DNA from: an uncultured Spirochaetota bacterium
GTDB lineage: Bacteria > Spirochaetota > Spirochaetia > SZUA-6 > Fen-1364
Assembly: GCA_963734545.1 (NCBI GenBank)
Contig: CAVTHO010000009.1
Location: 64,001 to 128,000 of the forward strand
Direction: 5' to 3'
DNA: 64,000 nt
Shown: piece by piece, positions 9,286 to 19,560 of the stretch
Layout of the letters: each line of letters opens with the position of its first letter
Position numbering within the stretch: the first letter of the stretch is position 1
Program-made: the position numbers and the translations under genes
Notes under the pieces: model-generated
The model's input: only the letters and a program-made list of their open reading frames with translations
Told to the model about the DNA's origin: nothing
Databases searched by the model: none

Positions 9286-10393
9286 TGCCTTCCTTCCCTT
9301 CGCCCTTCTCCGCGTGCCCGACCGCCACGCCGGCAATCGATCCGGCGGCGGCGATCTCTCCGGCAAGCTGCTTCTTGAGCTGCTTCTTCAAGGCGGAGTA
9401 GTCCTTCATACCGAGGTCCAGCCCGCGCGCCTGAAGCTTGTCCCTGATCTCCTGAAGGCTCTTCTTGCCGAAATTCCGTGTCTTGGTGATCTCTTCCTCG
9501 GTCTTCTTCGTGAGGTCGCCGATCGTGCGGATATTGGCGTTCCGCAGACAGTTGCTGGATCGCACCGAGAGCTCCAACTCCTCCACCGGGGTGTCGAGCA
9601 GGGCGCGAATGCGCTCCTCGTCCTCGTCCACCTCGTCGTCTCCTCCCGCCTCCGCCTCGTCGAAGTTGATGAAGATCGTGAAATGGTCCTTGGCGATCTT
9701 CGCCGCCTCCGCAAGCGCGTCATCCGGAGTGATCGTACCGTCGGTCCAGATCTCCAGAAGGAGCTTGTCATAATCGGTACGCTGCCCCACCCGGGTATTC
9801 TCGACGCTGTACTTCACCTTCTGGATGGGAGAGAAGATCGCGTCGATGGGAATGGTCCCGATGACTTCGATATACTTCTCGTTGCGTTCCGCCGGCACGT
9901 ATCCGCGGCCCAGGTTGATCTGGACCTCGAACTCGATGTTGGCCTTTTCCATCAGGGTGGCGATGGGGAAGTCGCCGTTGATGACTTCCACGTCGTTGTC
10001 CACCGCCAGGTCGCGCGCGGTGAGGACCCTGCCCCCCTTGGCCTCGAGCACGATCGTTTTCTCCTCAAGGTCGCCCGAAAGACGGAGCTGCACCTGCTTG
10101 AGGTTGTTGATGAAGTCGGGAGTGTCCTCCACGACCTCGGGGATCGGCTCATACTCGCTGGCGATGATATGCGGCGACCCGTCGTCCTTGTAGGTCGTGA
10201 TCTTGACGGCGGTCACGGCATACCCCTGTATCGAGGAGAGGAGGATCCGGCGCAGCGTATTGCCGATCGTGATGCCATATCCTCTTTCGAACGGATAGGC
10301 CACGAACCGACCGTAGTTGGCCTCCACCTCGCTGTGCTCGAAGGTGATGCCCTTGGGCTTCTTGAAGCCCTTCAGCAGGTTCTTGCGGACCAT
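9269..10393 (-). CDS. rpoA: RNA polymerase alpha subunit
   Basis: PFERGYGITIGNTLRRILLSSI, RVGQRTDYDKL and LELSVRSSNCL. Confidence 0.98.
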   Translation of the reverse strand: MVRKNLLKGFKKPKGITFEHSEVEANYGRFVAYPFERGYGITIGNTLRRILLSSIQGYAVTAVKITTYKDDGSPHIIASEYEPIPEVVEDTPDFINNLKQVQLRLSGDLEEKTIVLEAKGGRVLTARDLAVDNDVEVINGDFPIATLMEKANIEFEVQINLGRGYVPAERNEKYIEVIGTIPIDAIFSPIQKVKYSVENTRVGQRTDYDKLLLEIWTDGTITPDDALAEAAKIAKDHFTIFINFDEAEAGGDDEVDEDEERIRALLDTPVEELELSVRSSNCLRNANIRTIGDLTKKTEEEITKTRNFGKKSLQEIRDKLQARGLDLGMKDYSALKKQLKKQLAGEIAAAGSIAGVAVGHAEKGEGKEGNGSSE

Positions 10394-10403
10394 AAGGGAC
10401 ACC

Positions 10404-11039
10404 TCACTTTGAATACAGCTCGACGATCAGCTGCTCTTTGATGTCCGCGAGATCGGTGATCTCGCTTCTCCGCGGGATGGCGCGCACCTTGCCGACCATC
10501 CTGTCCGGGTCGATTTCCAGCCAGGATACGATCCCCGACTTCGAGTAGTCCTTGAGACTCTCCTTGATCGCCGTGAGCTTGGTGCTCTTCTCCCGCACGG
10601 AGATTTCGTCATTCTCCTTCACCATCTGCGAGGGAATGGAGGCGCCGCGGCCGTTGATCGCGATGTGTCCATGCAGAACCAGCTGCCGGGCGGACTTGCG
10701 CGAGGGGGCCAGGTGCATGCGGTAGACGACATTGTCCAGCCTGCGTTCGAGCATCTGGATGAGATTCTCGCCCGTGATGCCCTTCCGGCGTACCGCCTTG
10801 CCGAAAAACAGGCGGAACTGGCCTTCGAACATCCCGTACATTCTCTTCAGCTTCTGCTTCTCGTGCAGCTGCACCCCGTAATCAGAGATTTTCTTGGTGC
10901 GGCTGCGCGGGCCCTTGCCCGGGGCGCCCTTCTTCCGGGTGACGGGGCATTTGGGCCCCTTGCACCTGTCTCCCTTGAGATAAAGCTTGTACCCATGGCT
11001 TCTGCACAGCCTGCACTGGGGACCGATATTCCTTCCCAC
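10404..11039 (-). CDS. rpsD: 30S ribosomal protein S4 (Zn-ribbon type)
   Basis: CRLCR...C...C, LERRLDNVVYR and IVELYSK. Confidence 0.98.
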   Translation of the reverse strand: MGRNIGPQCRLCRSHGYKLYLKGDRCKGPKCPVTRKKGAPGKGPRSRTKKISDYGVQLHEKQKLKRMYGMFEGQFRLFFGKAVRRKGITGENLIQMLERRLDNVVYRMHLAPSRKSARQLVLHGHIAINGRGASIPSQMVKENDEISVREKSTKLTAIKESLKDYSKSGIVSWLEIDPDRMVGKVRAIPRRSEITDLADIKEQLIVELYSK

Positions 11040-11051
11040 TGTCTGCCCTCC

Positions 11052-11435
11052 CTACACGCGCCGCTTTTTCGGAGGCCGGCACCCGTTGTGCGGGATCGGG
11101 GTGATGTCCTTGATGGAGCGCACCCTGATGCCCAGGACTCCGAAAGCACGAATGGCCGCCTCGCTGCCGACGCCGGGCCCCCTCACGAAAACAACCAGCT
11201 CGTGCAGCCCCTGCTCCATCGCCTTGCTGGCCGCGGACTCCGCCGTCGTCTGGGCGGCGAACGGCGTCGATTTCTTGGCTCCCTTGAACCCGAGGGCCCC
11301 CGCGGAAGCCCAGGATATCGTGTTCCCCATGAGATCGGTGATGGTCACGATGGTATTGTTGAAGGTGGCCTGAATGAATGCCTTGCCTTCCGCTATATTC
11401 TTCTTTTTGTCTTTCTTGCCCTTGGTCTTTGCCAA
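11052..11435 (-). CDS. rpsK: 30S ribosomal protein S11 (TTG start)
   Basis: [20 protein letters not shown] and [15 protein letters not shown]; GGAGG SD before TTG. Confidence 0.97.
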   Translation of the reverse strand: MAKTKGKKDKKKNIAEGKAFIQATFNNTIVTITDLMGNTISWASAGALGFKGAKKSTPFAAQTTAESAASKAMEQGLHELVVFVRGPGVGSEAAIRAFGVLGIRVRSIKDITPIPHNGCRPPKKRRV

Positions 11436-11479
11436 AGCTTGGTCCTCCGTTTCGTCCGGCTCTCCCGAACGCGTATGCC

Positions 11480-11560
11480 GACGCGCGGTACGGCGTACTC
11501 GCCGAGCGGGTACACACGCACTCCGCGCATTTGCCCGACGCGCGGTGCACCCCGCGCGCG
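11480..11560. repeat. Intergenic mosaic of truncated module A plus module D hairpins
   Basis: gcgcggtacggcgtactcgccgagcgggtac...actccgcgcattt...gcgcggtgcaccccgcgc. Confidence 0.7.
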
Positions 11561-11566
11561 TGTGCT

Positions 11567-11935
11567 CTACTTCTTCCTCTTCCCTGCCACCGTCTTGCGC
11601 TTGCCCTTGCGGGTGCGCGCGTTCGTCTTTGTCCGCTGGCCGCGCACAGGCAGCCCCCTGCGGTGACGGATTCCCCGATAGCATCCAATGTCCATGAGCC
11701 GCTTGATGTTGAGCGAGACCTCCGTGCGCAGACGCCCTTCCACTCGGAAATCACTCTCGATCACGGTCCGCAGCTTGTTCACTTCGTCAGCCGTAAGATC
11801 GTTGATGCGCTTTTCCGGATCGACACCGGTGGTCGCGCAGATCTTCCGTGCCGACGTGCCGCCGATCCCGAAAATGTAGGTCAGGGCGACGTCCACATGT
11901 TTGTTGGGAAGATCTACGCCCGCAATACGTGCCAT
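11567..11935 (-). CDS. rpsM: 30S ribosomal protein S13
   Basis: [10 protein letters not shown] and [18 protein letters not shown]. Confidence 0.98.
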   Translation of the reverse strand: MARIAGVDLPNKHVDVALTYIFGIGGTSARKICATTGVDPEKRINDLTADEVNKLRTVIESDFRVEGRLRTEVSLNIKRLMDIGCYRGIRHRRGLPVRGQRTKTNARTRKGKRKTVAGKRKK

Positions 11936-11998
11936 TCCTTCCTCCTCCTAAAATGCGCCTGGCATTTGCCGCGCTCGCGCGGCATGCCAGTCGCTGCC

Positions 11999-12112
11999 CT
12001 ACCGCTGGCGCTGCTTGTGCTTGGGGTTCGTGCAGATAATACGCACCACGCCCCTGCGCCTTATCACTTTGCACTTGTCACAAATAGGCTTCACGCTCAC
12101 GCGCACCTTCAT
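11999..12112 (-). CDS. rpmJ: 50S ribosomal protein L36
   Basis: [37 protein letters not shown]. Confidence 0.98.
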   Translation of the reverse strand: MKVRVSVKPICDKCKVIRRRGVVRIICTNPKHKQRQR

Positions 12113-12156
12113 ACATCTGCCTCCACTGCCCGGGCTCTCCGCTCTCCTGCCTCGTC

Positions 12157-13479
12157 TCATAGGTTGCGGGAGCGGATCTTGCCGCGTTTCACGATTCCAT
12201 CGTGATGATGCATTCTCAAATAACCTTCGATCTGCGACATCGTGTCCAGGTCGACGCCCACCAGGATCAGCAGCGAGGTACCTCCCATGAGGTAGGCTAC
12301 CGATGAGGGAAAGCTGAACAGGCTCTGCACAAGGGACGGAATGATCGCGATGAACGCGAGGAAAAGTGACCCGGGCAGGATGATGCGGTAGAGGATGCGG
12401 GAGAGATACTCCTCCATCTTCTCGCTCCTGATTCCCGGAATGGACCCGCCGTTCTCGCGGATGTTCTTGGAGATCTCCACGGGGTTCAGTGTGACCTGCG
12501 TGTAGAAGTACGCGAAGAAAATGATGAGCAGGGCATAGGCAACCTCGTAGGCGAATCCGTTGGGCCGCAGCCACGCGGCCAGCCGGGAAAGCCACTCGAT
12601 GCGGGAGCCGAGGCTCTGCGCGATCTGCACCGGAAACAGGAGCACCGAGGAGGCGAAGATGACCGGGATGACGCCCGAGGGATTCACCTTGAAGGGCAGG
12701 TAGGTGTTCTGCGCGCCGTACATCCTGCGGCCGATGACCCGCTTGGCGTAGTGCACGGGGATCTTGCGCTGACCCTGCTGCTCCATGATGACCAGGCCGA
12801 TCACGACGACCCAGAGCGCGAGAACGATGAGCACGAACACCGGGTTCAGCGTGCGCTGCTGGATCATCAGGATGAGCGTCCAGAACGCTCCGGGAATCCT
12901 CGCCACGATGCCGGCGAAAATGATCATCGAGATGCCGTTGCCGATGCCGCGCCGGGTGATCTGGTCTCCCAGCCACATGAGGAACATCGTGCCGGTGGTG
13001 ATCGTCAGCATGGCGAGCAGGGCGAAGGGGAGCCGTCCGATCATGATGGCATCAGGAATACTGTTGGCGTAGACGGTGACCGTGTAGGACTGGATGAGGG
13101 CCACGAGGACGGTGCCGTAGCGCGTCCAGCGGTTGATCTTCTTCTTCCCGCCTTCTTCCTCCTGGATCTTCTTCAGCCGGGGGAACACGATCGTGACGAG
13201 CTGCATGATGATCGACATCGAGATGTAGGGCATGATCGTGAGCATGAAAATGGAGAAGTTCTTGAACGCGCCCCCCGCGAAGAAGTCGAGGAAATCCTCT
13301 ATACCCAGCGCTCCGGCGGTGCCTTGCGCGGCAAAATGGAGCTTCAGCGCGGCAATGTTGATGCCGGGCACCGGGAGGATGGTCCCCATCCGGTAGATCA
13401 CGAGGATGCCGATCGTGAAGAGGATCCGATCCCTGAGTTCCTTGACCCTGAAAATGTCGACCAGCGGGTTTGCCATCAC
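12157..13479 (-). CDS. secY: Preprotein translocase SecY
   Basis: [36 protein letters not shown] and [11 protein letters not shown]. Confidence 0.98.
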   Translation of the reverse strand: MMANPLVDIFRVKELRDRILFTIGILVIYRMGTILPVPGINIAALKLHFAAQGTAGALGIEDFLDFFAGGAFKNFSIFMLTIMPYISMSIIMQLVTIVFPRLKKIQEEEGGKKKINRWTRYGTVLVALIQSYTVTVYANSIPDAIMIGRLPFALLAMLTITTGTMFLMWLGDQITRRGIGNGISMIIFAGIVARIPGAFWTLILMIQQRTLNPVFVLIVLALWVVVIGLVIMEQQGQRKIPVHYAKRVIGRRMYGAQNTYLPFKVNPSGVIPVIFASSVLLFPVQIAQSLGSRIEWLSRLAAWLRPNGFAYEVAYALLIIFFAYFYTQVTLNPVEISKNIRENGGSIPGIRSEKMEEYLSRILYRIILPGSLFLAFIAIIPSLVQSLFSFPSSVAYLMGGTSLLILVGVDLDTMSQIEGYLRMHHHDGIVKRGKIRSRNL

Positions 13480-13961
13480 TTCGCCTCGGCTGCACCCTTG
13501 GCGTCGGCCGGGGCGGTTGCGCTGACTTCCTTCACCACGCCGCCCATTGCGGCGATCTTCTCACGTGCGGAGGCCGACACCTGCACGCCCTGCACCGTGA
13601 GCTTCCGGGTGAGCTCGCCCGAGCCGAGAATCTTCACGAGAACGCCTCTCTTCTTTGCCAGCCCCCTGGCGGCAAGGCTCTCCGGCGTGACGGCATCCCC
13701 GTCCGCGAAGCGATTGAGGTCGGATACGTTGATGACCTGGAATATCTTCTTGAAAGGGTAGTTGGAAAAGCCGCGGCGCGCGATGCGCCTGAAGAGCGGC
13801 ATCTGCCCTCCCTCGAAGCCGAGACGGACCCCGCCGCCCGCGCGGGCCTTCTGGCCTTTCGTGCCTTTGCCGGCGGTCTTTCCATGGCCGGAACCGACCC
13901 CCCGGCCGAGCCTCTTGTTCTTCTTCTGGCCTTTCGGCGCGCGGATATTGAAGCCTTCCAT
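13476..13961 (-). CDS. rplO: 50S ribosomal protein L15
   Basis: GRGVGSGHGKTAGKGTKGQKAR and GFEGGQMPL. Confidence 0.98.
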   Translation of the reverse strand: MEGFNIRAPKGQKKNKRLGRGVGSGHGKTAGKGTKGQKARAGGGVRLGFEGGQMPLFRRIARRGFSNYPFKKIFQVINVSDLNRFADGDAVTPESLAARGLAKKRGVLVKILGSGELTRKLTVQGVQVSASAREKIAAMGGVVKEVSATAPADAKGAAEAK

Positions 13962-13963
13962 AA

Positions 13964-14152
13964 CTAGCTGATCTCCTCCACCTCGAGCAGATAGGAAACT
14001 GCGCGCACCATCCCGAGGATGGCCGGCGACGCGTCATGCTCGACGACGGCATTGAGTCTTCGAAGGCCCAGCGCCTTCACGGTTGCCCGGTGTGCCGGCA
14101 CGCAGCTGATCGGGCTGCGCACGAGCTTGATCTTCAGTTTCTTTCCCGCCAT
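13964..14152 (-). CDS. rpmD: 50S ribosomal protein L30
   Basis: KIKLVRSPI and TVKALGLRR; position between rpsE and rplO. Confidence 0.96.
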   Translation of the reverse strand: MAGKKLKIKLVRSPISCVPAHRATVKALGLRRLNAVVEHDASPAILGMVRAVSYLLEVEEIS

Positions 14153-14157
14153 GGCGC

Positions 14158-14667
14158 TCATCCCCACATGTCCTTCAGCGTTCTGCCCCGGTGCGCGGCG
14201 ATCTCCCGCGGGTCCATGAGCGAGTCCAACCCCTGGAAAACGGCCTTCACCGTGTTGATCGCGTTCGATGAGCCGAGTGACTTGGACAGGACGTCGTGTA
14301 TTCCCGCCGCCTCCATGACGGCGCGCACGGGGCCGCCGGCAATGACGCCGGTTCCCGGCGCCGCGGGCTTCAGGAGCACCTGGGCGCTCTTGAACTTGCC
14401 GAGGACCTGGTGCGGAAGCGTCGTCTTCTTGATGGGAACACGCACCATGCTCCTCTTGGCCTTCTCGATGCTCTTGCGAATGGCATCCGCGACGTCATTC
14501 GCCTTTCCGAACCCGTAGCCCACGCGGCCGGCGCGGTCACCCACTACGGTCAGCGCGGAGAAAGAAAAACGTCGACCGCCCTTGACGACCTTCGCGACCC
14601 GGTTAAGCTTGACGAGTTTCTCGAGAAACTCGCCCTGGTTCCTGTCCCTGTCCTGATCCATTGCCAC
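14158..14667 (-). CDS. rpsE: 30S ribosomal protein S5
   Basis: [15 protein letters not shown] and [12 protein letters not shown]. Confidence 0.98.
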   Translation of the reverse strand: MAMDQDRDRNQGEFLEKLVKLNRVAKVVKGGRRFSFSALTVVGDRAGRVGYGFGKANDVADAIRKSIEKAKRSMVRVPIKKTTLPHQVLGKFKSAQVLLKPAAPGTGVIAGGPVRAVMEAAGIHDVLSKSLGSSNAINTVKAVFQGLDSLMDPREIAAHRGRTLKDMWG

Positions 14668-14686
14668 TTGCAGCTCTCCTCATCCT

Positions 14687-14734
14687 CGAACGGGTACGGC
14701 CTTCGGGCCGAGCGCGTACTCGCGCACTCCCGTT
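14687..14734. repeat. Module A repeat (branched double hairpin)
   Basis: 14690-14733 matches 24760-24803 at 42 of 44 nt; further copies at 27901-27960 and inverted at 62841-62900. Confidence 0.9.
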
Positions 14735-14749
14735 GTCCGCGTCACTCTT

Positions 14750-15109
14750 CTATAAGCTGATGCCGGCCTTGCGTGCGCCGTCCGCAATCGCCTTTATCTT
14801 GCCGTGATAGCGGTAGCCGTTCCTGTCGAAGACGACCGCCGCGATGTTCTTGGCCTTGAGCCTCTCCCCGATGAGCAGCCCGAGCTTCTCCATTTCCGCG
14901 ACCTTGTTGGCGATGCTCCGATGCTCCTTCTCCAGATTCGAGGCGGTGGCCAGCGTGGCTCCCGCGGCATCGTCGATGGCCTGCACGTAGGTGTAGCGGT
15001 TCGACTTGTACACGGTGAGCCGGGGCCGCTCGGGAGTGCCCTGGATCTTCTTGCGGATGCTCGCCTTTCTCTTCAGACGCTTGCGCGACTTGTCGATGAT
15101 CTTCTTCAC
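14750..15109 (-). CDS. rplR: 50S ribosomal protein L18
   Basis: GTPERPRLTVYKS and VVFDRNGYRYHG. Confidence 0.98.
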   Translation of the reverse strand: MKKIIDKSRKRLKRKASIRKKIQGTPERPRLTVYKSNRYTYVQAIDDAAGATLATASNLEKEHRSIANKVAEMEKLGLLIGERLKAKNIAAVVFDRNGYRYHGKIKAIADGARKAGISL

Positions 15110-15121
15110 CGCTTCATTCTC

Positions 15122-15661
15122 CTACTTGATCCCCGATTTGCCGACCTTGCGGCGCACGTACTCGTTCTCGTACTTGATGCCCTTGCCCTTGTACGGCTCC
15201 ACGGGCCGGAACGAACGGATCTCGGAGGCGATCTGCCCCACCTGCTGTCGATCCGCGCCTTTCACCGTCACCTTGGTGTTCGCCTCGACTTCCATGGTGA
15301 TTCCCGGGGGGATCGGGTACTCGATGGGCGTCGAATAGCCGAGGTTCAGGACCAGGGCCTTGTTCTTTATTTCAGCCTTGTACCCCACCCCGGTGATGAC
15401 GAGTATCTTCGAGAAGCCGTCCGAGAGCCCGATGAGGGTGTTCTTTATCAGGTTGCGGTACAGACCATGGAGGCTCTTCGCCTTCCGCGAATCGTCCGCG
15501 CGCGCAACGACCACCGAATCTCCTTCGATCTTCACCGACACCTCAGGCGCGTACTCCTGGTCGACCTTGCCCTTGGAGCTCTCCAGGAGCACGTGGCCAT
15601 CCTGCACGGAGACCTTGACCCCTTTGGGTATCTTGACCGGTAAACGTCCGATTCGCGACAC
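15122..15661 (-). CDS. rplF: 50S ribosomal protein L6
   Basis: MSRIGRLP and EPYKGKGIKY. Confidence 0.98.
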   Translation of the reverse strand: MSRIGRLPVKIPKGVKVSVQDGHVLLESSKGKVDQEYAPEVSVKIEGDSVVVARADDSRKAKSLHGLYRNLIKNTLIGLSDGFSKILVITGVGYKAEIKNKALVLNLGYSTPIEYPIPPGITMEVEANTKVTVKGADRQQVGQIASEIRSFRPVEPYKGKGIKYENEYVRRKVGKSGIK

Positions 15662-15676
15662 TCGCGTTCTCCTTGC

Positions 15677-16075
15677 CTACCAAATAGTGCAGAGCAGCTC
15701 TCCGCCGGCCTTCTTCTCCAGGGCCTTCTTGCCCGTCGTGACGCCGAGGGAGGTGGTGACGATGAGCGTCCCGAATCCGTTCAGCACCCGGGGAAGGGTC
15801 TTGTAGCCTGCGTACATCCTTCGTCCCGGCGTGGAGATCCGCTTCAAGCCGTGAATGACCGGCTCGTTCTGCCCATCGTACTTCAGGAAAATCCTGATGA
15901 GGTTGCGGCCGTCCTGCGTCACCTTCTTGAAGGTTTTGACGTAGCCCTCATTCTTCAGGATTTTCGTGATCTCAAGCTTCAATTTCGAGGTGGGAATGTC
16001 CACACTCTCGAATCGCGCGCTGCTCGCGTTTCTGACTTTCGTCAGCATATCTGCAACGGGGTCTGACACACTCAT
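15677..16075 (-). CDS. rpsH: 30S ribosomal protein S8
   Basis: [23 protein letters not shown] and GGELLC. Confidence 0.98.
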   Translation of the reverse strand: MSVSDPVADMLTKVRNASSARFESVDIPTSKLKLEITKILKNEGYVKTFKKVTQDGRNLIRIFLKYDGQNEPVIHGLKRISTPGRRMYAGYKTLPRVLNGFGTLIVTTSLGVTTGKKALEKKAGGELLCTIW

Positions 16076-16087
16076 GTCGTGGCTCCC

Positions 16088-16273
16088 TCACCAACTCGAT
16101 TTCGTGACGCCAGGAAGCTTTCCCTGGCTGGCCAGCATGCGGAAACAGATTCGGCACAGTCTGAACTTCCTCATGTAGCCCCTCTGCCGCCCGCAGACAT
16201 TGCATCGATGCGTCCGGCGCGACATGTATTTCTGAGTCGCGTTGGTTTTCTCTATCGCCGCTTTTCTTGCCAT
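16088..16273 (-). CDS. rpsN: 30S ribosomal protein S14, zinc-binding (type Z)
   Basis: 61 aa with CNVCGR...LCRIC and LPGVTKSSW. Confidence 0.97.
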   Translation of the reverse strand: MARKAAIEKTNATQKYMSRRTHRCNVCGRQRGYMRKFRLCRICFRMLASQGKLPGVTKSSW

Positions 16274-16348
16274 TATCCTCTCCGCCTGCCTAAATGCGCT
16301 GCGTACATCGCGCGCGCGCCGCACAAATGCGCTGAGTACATCGCCGGC

Positions 16349-17156
16349 CTATTTTCCGGAACGGCATTCCCAGCCGCGCCAGGAGGCTCCGCGCTTCCTG
16401 GTCCGTCTTCGCGGTGGTCACGACCGCGATATTCATGCCGCTCACCCTTTCGATCTTGTCATAGTCGATCTCGGGAAAGATGATCTGCTCCGTCACCCCG
16501 AGGGAATAGTTCCCGTGCCCGTCGAATGCATTGGGGTTGGCCCCTCGGAAGTCCTTGATCCTCGGCATGGCCACGTTGACCAGCCGGTCCAGGAACTCGT
16601 ACATCACGTTCCCGCGCAGTGTCACCATGGCGCCGACTTCCTGTCCTTGGCGGACCTTGAAGGTCGCGATGGACTTCTTTGCCTTCGTGCGCACCGCTTT
16701 ACGCCCCGTGATCTGCATCATCTCCTGCGTGGCGGAATCGAGAAGCTTCTTGTTCACGATGGCCTCACCGAGACCCATGCTGACGATGATCTTCGATACC
16801 CGCGGTATCTGCATCGTGCTTTTGTAGGAAAATTCTTCCTTCAGGTCTTTTGTCACCGTGTCCAGGAAGAGGGCCTTCAGGCGCGGCTTGTAGCCGGGAG
16901 GATCGGCAACGGGTTTGGCTTTCGGCTTGCTCTCCGCCTCCTGCCGCTGACCCTTCTGGCCCTTGGGCTGCTTGTCGCCCTTGGCAGCTTTCTCGGAACG
17001 GGGAGCCCCTTCCGCCGCGTTCCGCGGGGCCCCGTGACTCTTCTCCCCCTTCGGCTGCCCGGCTTTCTGGCCCTGCTCCTTCACGGGAGCCTGGTCTGCG
17101 GCGGCCTTGGCCTCCGGGGCGGCGCCCTCGGCGCCCGACTGTTTTTCCTTGCTCAC
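16349..17156 (-). CDS. rplE: 50S ribosomal protein L5 with long N-terminal extension; stop probably displaced by a 1-nt indel (ORF as read ends at 16290)
   Basis: [31 protein letters not shown] and GMPFRK. The GTG start overlaps the rplX stop and has a GGAGGAG SD. Confidence 0.95.
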
Positions 17157-17473
17157 AGATCTCCTCCGCACTTGCGGCATACGCGCTTCTTGGCAGTCCC
17201 CTCGACGAGGTACCCGATCCGGGTGGGCCCGCATTTCTTGCACATGATCATCAGCTTGCCGACCGGCAGGGGCGCTTCCACCGAGGTGATGCCGCCCTTC
17301 TGGTTCTGCTTCTTCTGCTTCATGGCCTTCTTCACCATGTTGAGGCCTTCCACCACGGCGCGCATCTTCTCCCGGTCAATGTTCACTATACGGCCGGTCT
17401 TGCCCTTGTCCCGGCCCGCAATGACACGCACCGTGTCGTTCTTGCGCAGCTTGATCCTACCCTTGGTCTCCAT
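17153..17473 (-). CDS. rplX: 50S ribosomal protein L24
   Basis: KOW motif [11 protein letters not shown]; C-terminal CxxC pairs. Confidence 0.97.
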   Translation of the reverse strand: METKGRIKLRKNDTVRVIAGRDKGKTGRIVNIDREKMRAVVEGLNMVKKAMKQKKQNQKGGITSVEAPLPVGKLMIMCKKCGPTRIGYLVEGTAKKRVCRKCGGDL

Positions 17474-17485
17474 ATCACCGTCCTC

Positions 17486-17854
17486 CTACAGGACTTCCGG
17501 GGCGAGGGACACGATCTTCATGAAGTCCTTCTCCCGCAGCTCGCGGGCCACCGGGCCGAAGATACGCTTGCCCTTCGGATTGTTGTTCGCGTCGATGACG
17601 ACGCAGGCGTTGTCATCGAAGCGGATGAAGGTTCCGTCGGGACGGTGGAACTCCTTGCGGGTCCGCACCACCACCGCCTTCTCGATCCCGCCCTTCTTGA
17701 TTGCCGCGTTCGGCAGCGCGTCCTTGACGGCGACCACGATGATGTCCCCGATCCGCGCGTACTTGCGCCGCGTGCCGCCCAGGACCTTGATGCACTGCAC
17801 CTGTTTGGCGCCGCTGTTGTCCGCGACGTTGAGAAGCGTCTTCATCTGTATCAT
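17486..17854 (-). CDS. rplN: 50S ribosomal protein L14
   Basis: [17 protein letters not shown] and IVSLAPEVL. Confidence 0.98.
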   Translation of the reverse strand: MIQMKTLLNVADNSGAKQVQCIKVLGGTRRKYARIGDIIVVAVKDALPNAAIKKGGIEKAVVVRTRKEFHRPDGTFIRFDDNACVVIDANNNPKGKRIFGPVARELREKDFMKIVSLAPEVL

Positions 17855-17865
17855 GACCGGCTCCC

Positions 17866-18156
17866 CTACTTCGCTTTCTCGACTATCTCGACAAGCCGCC
17901 AGCGCTTGTCCTTGCTCAGCGGCCGGGATTCCACCACGCGCACCGTGTCCCCGATCCCGCACTCGTTCTTCTCGTCATGCGCCTTGATCTTCTTTGTCCT
18001 CGTCAGGTATTTCTTGTACAGCCGATGGAGCTTGCGTTGATGGATCTCGACGACGATCGTCTTCTGCATCTTGTTGCTCACGACGCGGCCCTGGAGGACC
18101 TTCTGGACCGGCACGGTATTCCGTGCATTATTTGTCTTCTTTGTCACTTCTTCCAC
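17866..18156 (-). CDS. rpsQ: 30S ribosomal protein S17
   Basis: [19 protein letters not shown] and [12 protein letters not shown]. Confidence 0.97.
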   Translation of the reverse strand: MEEVTKKTNNARNTVPVQKVLQGRVVSNKMQKTIVVEIHQRKLHRLYKKYLTRTKKIKAHDEKNECGIGDTVRVVESRPLSKDKRWRLVEIVEKAK

Positions 18157-18167
18157 GTGCCGCTCTC

Positions 18168-18368
18168 CTAGCGCTTTCTGATTCCGAGGTCGAACTCGCG
18201 GATGATCGATGACACCCGGGCGAGCTTGCGCCGCGCGGTCCGCTTGGAAAGCGGGTTATCCACGTGGCCGATGATCATGTTTGCGCAGACGTCATTGTAC
18301 TGCTTCTTGAGCTCCTCCCGCTTGGCGAGCAGCTCCGGATAACTCAGCTCTTTGAACGAGTCCTTCAT
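18168..18368 (-). CDS. rpmC: 50S ribosomal protein L29
   Basis: ELSYPELL...[15 protein letters not shown]; position between rplP and rpsQ. Confidence 0.93.
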   Translation of the reverse strand: MKDSFKELSYPELLAKREELKKQYNDVCANMIIGHVDNPLSKRTARRKLARVSSIIREFDLGIRKR

Positions 18369-18372
18369 ATGC

Positions 18373-18789
18373 CTACTCCACGCTCTCCCGAACCAGGAAC
18401 TTGGTCTTGATGGGCAGCTTGCTGCCGGCACGCTTCATTGCCTCTTCCGCCATCTTGCGGTCGACGCCTCCCAGCTCGAACATCACGGTCCCCGGCTTCA
18501 CCGGCGCGACCCAGTACTCCGGTGCTCCCTTGCCTTTTCCCATGCGGGTCTCGGCAGGCTTCTTCGTGAACGGCTTGTCGGGGAATATCCGTATCCATAC
18601 CTTCCCGCCGCGCTTGACGTGACGGGTAATGGCGATACGGCACGCCTCGATCTGGCGGTTGGTGATCCACTCTCTCTCAAGGGCCACCAGGCCGAAGTCG
18701 CCGAAGGATATCTCCGTGCAGCGGGTGGCCCTGCCCTTCATGACCCCGCGCATCTGCTTCCTGTATTTCGTTCTCTTGGGGCTCAGCAT
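18373..18789 (-). CDS. rplP: 50S ribosomal protein L16
   Basis: [11 protein letters not shown] and RMGKGKG. Confidence 0.98.
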   Translation of the reverse strand: MLSPKRTKYRKQMRGVMKGRATRCTEISFGDFGLVALEREWITNRQIEACRIAITRHVKRGGKVWIRIFPDKPFTKKPAETRMGKGKGAPEYWVAPVKPGTVMFELGGVDRKMAEEAMKRAGSKLPIKTKFLVRESVE

Positions 18790-18795
18790 GATTGA

Positions 18796-19560
18796 CTACT
18801 CCTGCCCTCTCTCGCGGCCTCGGAGGTCCCGGCCGTCGCGGCTGTCCCTGCCGTCCCGGTCTTCCCGGGCGTCGCGGCCTTCACGGCCACGGCGCACGAG
18901 GAGGCCGGCATCGTCTTTCTTCGCCGGCCCGTACACTTCTCCGTTGAAAATCCAGACCTTGATGCCGACGCACCCGAACGTGGTGATTGCCGTGGCCGTG
19001 CCATAGTCGATGTCCGCCCGGAAGGTATGAAGGGGAATTCTCCCCTCCTTGAACTCCTCCCGGCGGGCCATTTCCGCTCCGGAGAGCCGGCCGGAAATCT
19101 TCACCTTGATTCCCTGCACGCCCGTCTTCATGGCGTTCAGGATGGCCATCTTGCAGGCCCTTCTATAGGAGGCGCGCGCCTTGATCTGGCGGGAGATGTT
19201 CTCCGCCACAAGCTTTGCGTTCGTCTCGGGACGCTTGATCTCCTTGATGCGGAGCTGAATCTTCTTGCCGATGCTTTTCTGCAGCTTGCCGCCCAGCTTC
19301 TCGATGTTGGCGCCCTTGGCGCCGATAAGGACCCCGGGCCGCCCGGTGTGGATGATCACGGTCACCCTCTGCGGGTGGCGGATGATCTCCACTTCCGCAA
19401 TGTCCGCTCCCTTTGTTTCCTCCGCGTCCAGGATGATTTTTCGGAGACGCAGATCCTCATGCAGAGTTGCGGCATAGAGCTTGGGATCCACGAACCAGCG
19501 CGACGACCAGGTCTTGTTGATCCCCAGCCGCAGCCCTATCGGGTTAACCTTCTGACCCAT
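18796..19560 (-). CDS. rpsC: 30S ribosomal protein S3
   Basis: [24 protein letters not shown] and [14 protein letters not shown]. Confidence 0.98.
   Translation of the reverse strand: MGQKVNPIGLRLGINKTWSSRWFVDPKLYAATLHEDLRLRKIILDAEETKGADIAEVEIIRHPQRVTVIIHTGRPGVLIGAKGANIEKLGGKLQKSIGKKIQLRIKEIKRPETNAKLVAENISRQIKARASYRRACKMAILNAMKTGVQGIKVKISGRLSGAEMARREEFKEGRIPLHTFRADIDYGTATAITTFGCVGIKVWIFNGEVYGPAKKDDAGLLVRRGREGRDAREDRDGRDSRDGRDLRGRERGQE

Noticed and set aside
11936-12156. Absence of adk, map and infA between secY and rpmJ
   Set aside because: A common arrangement in spirochaetes, not novel.
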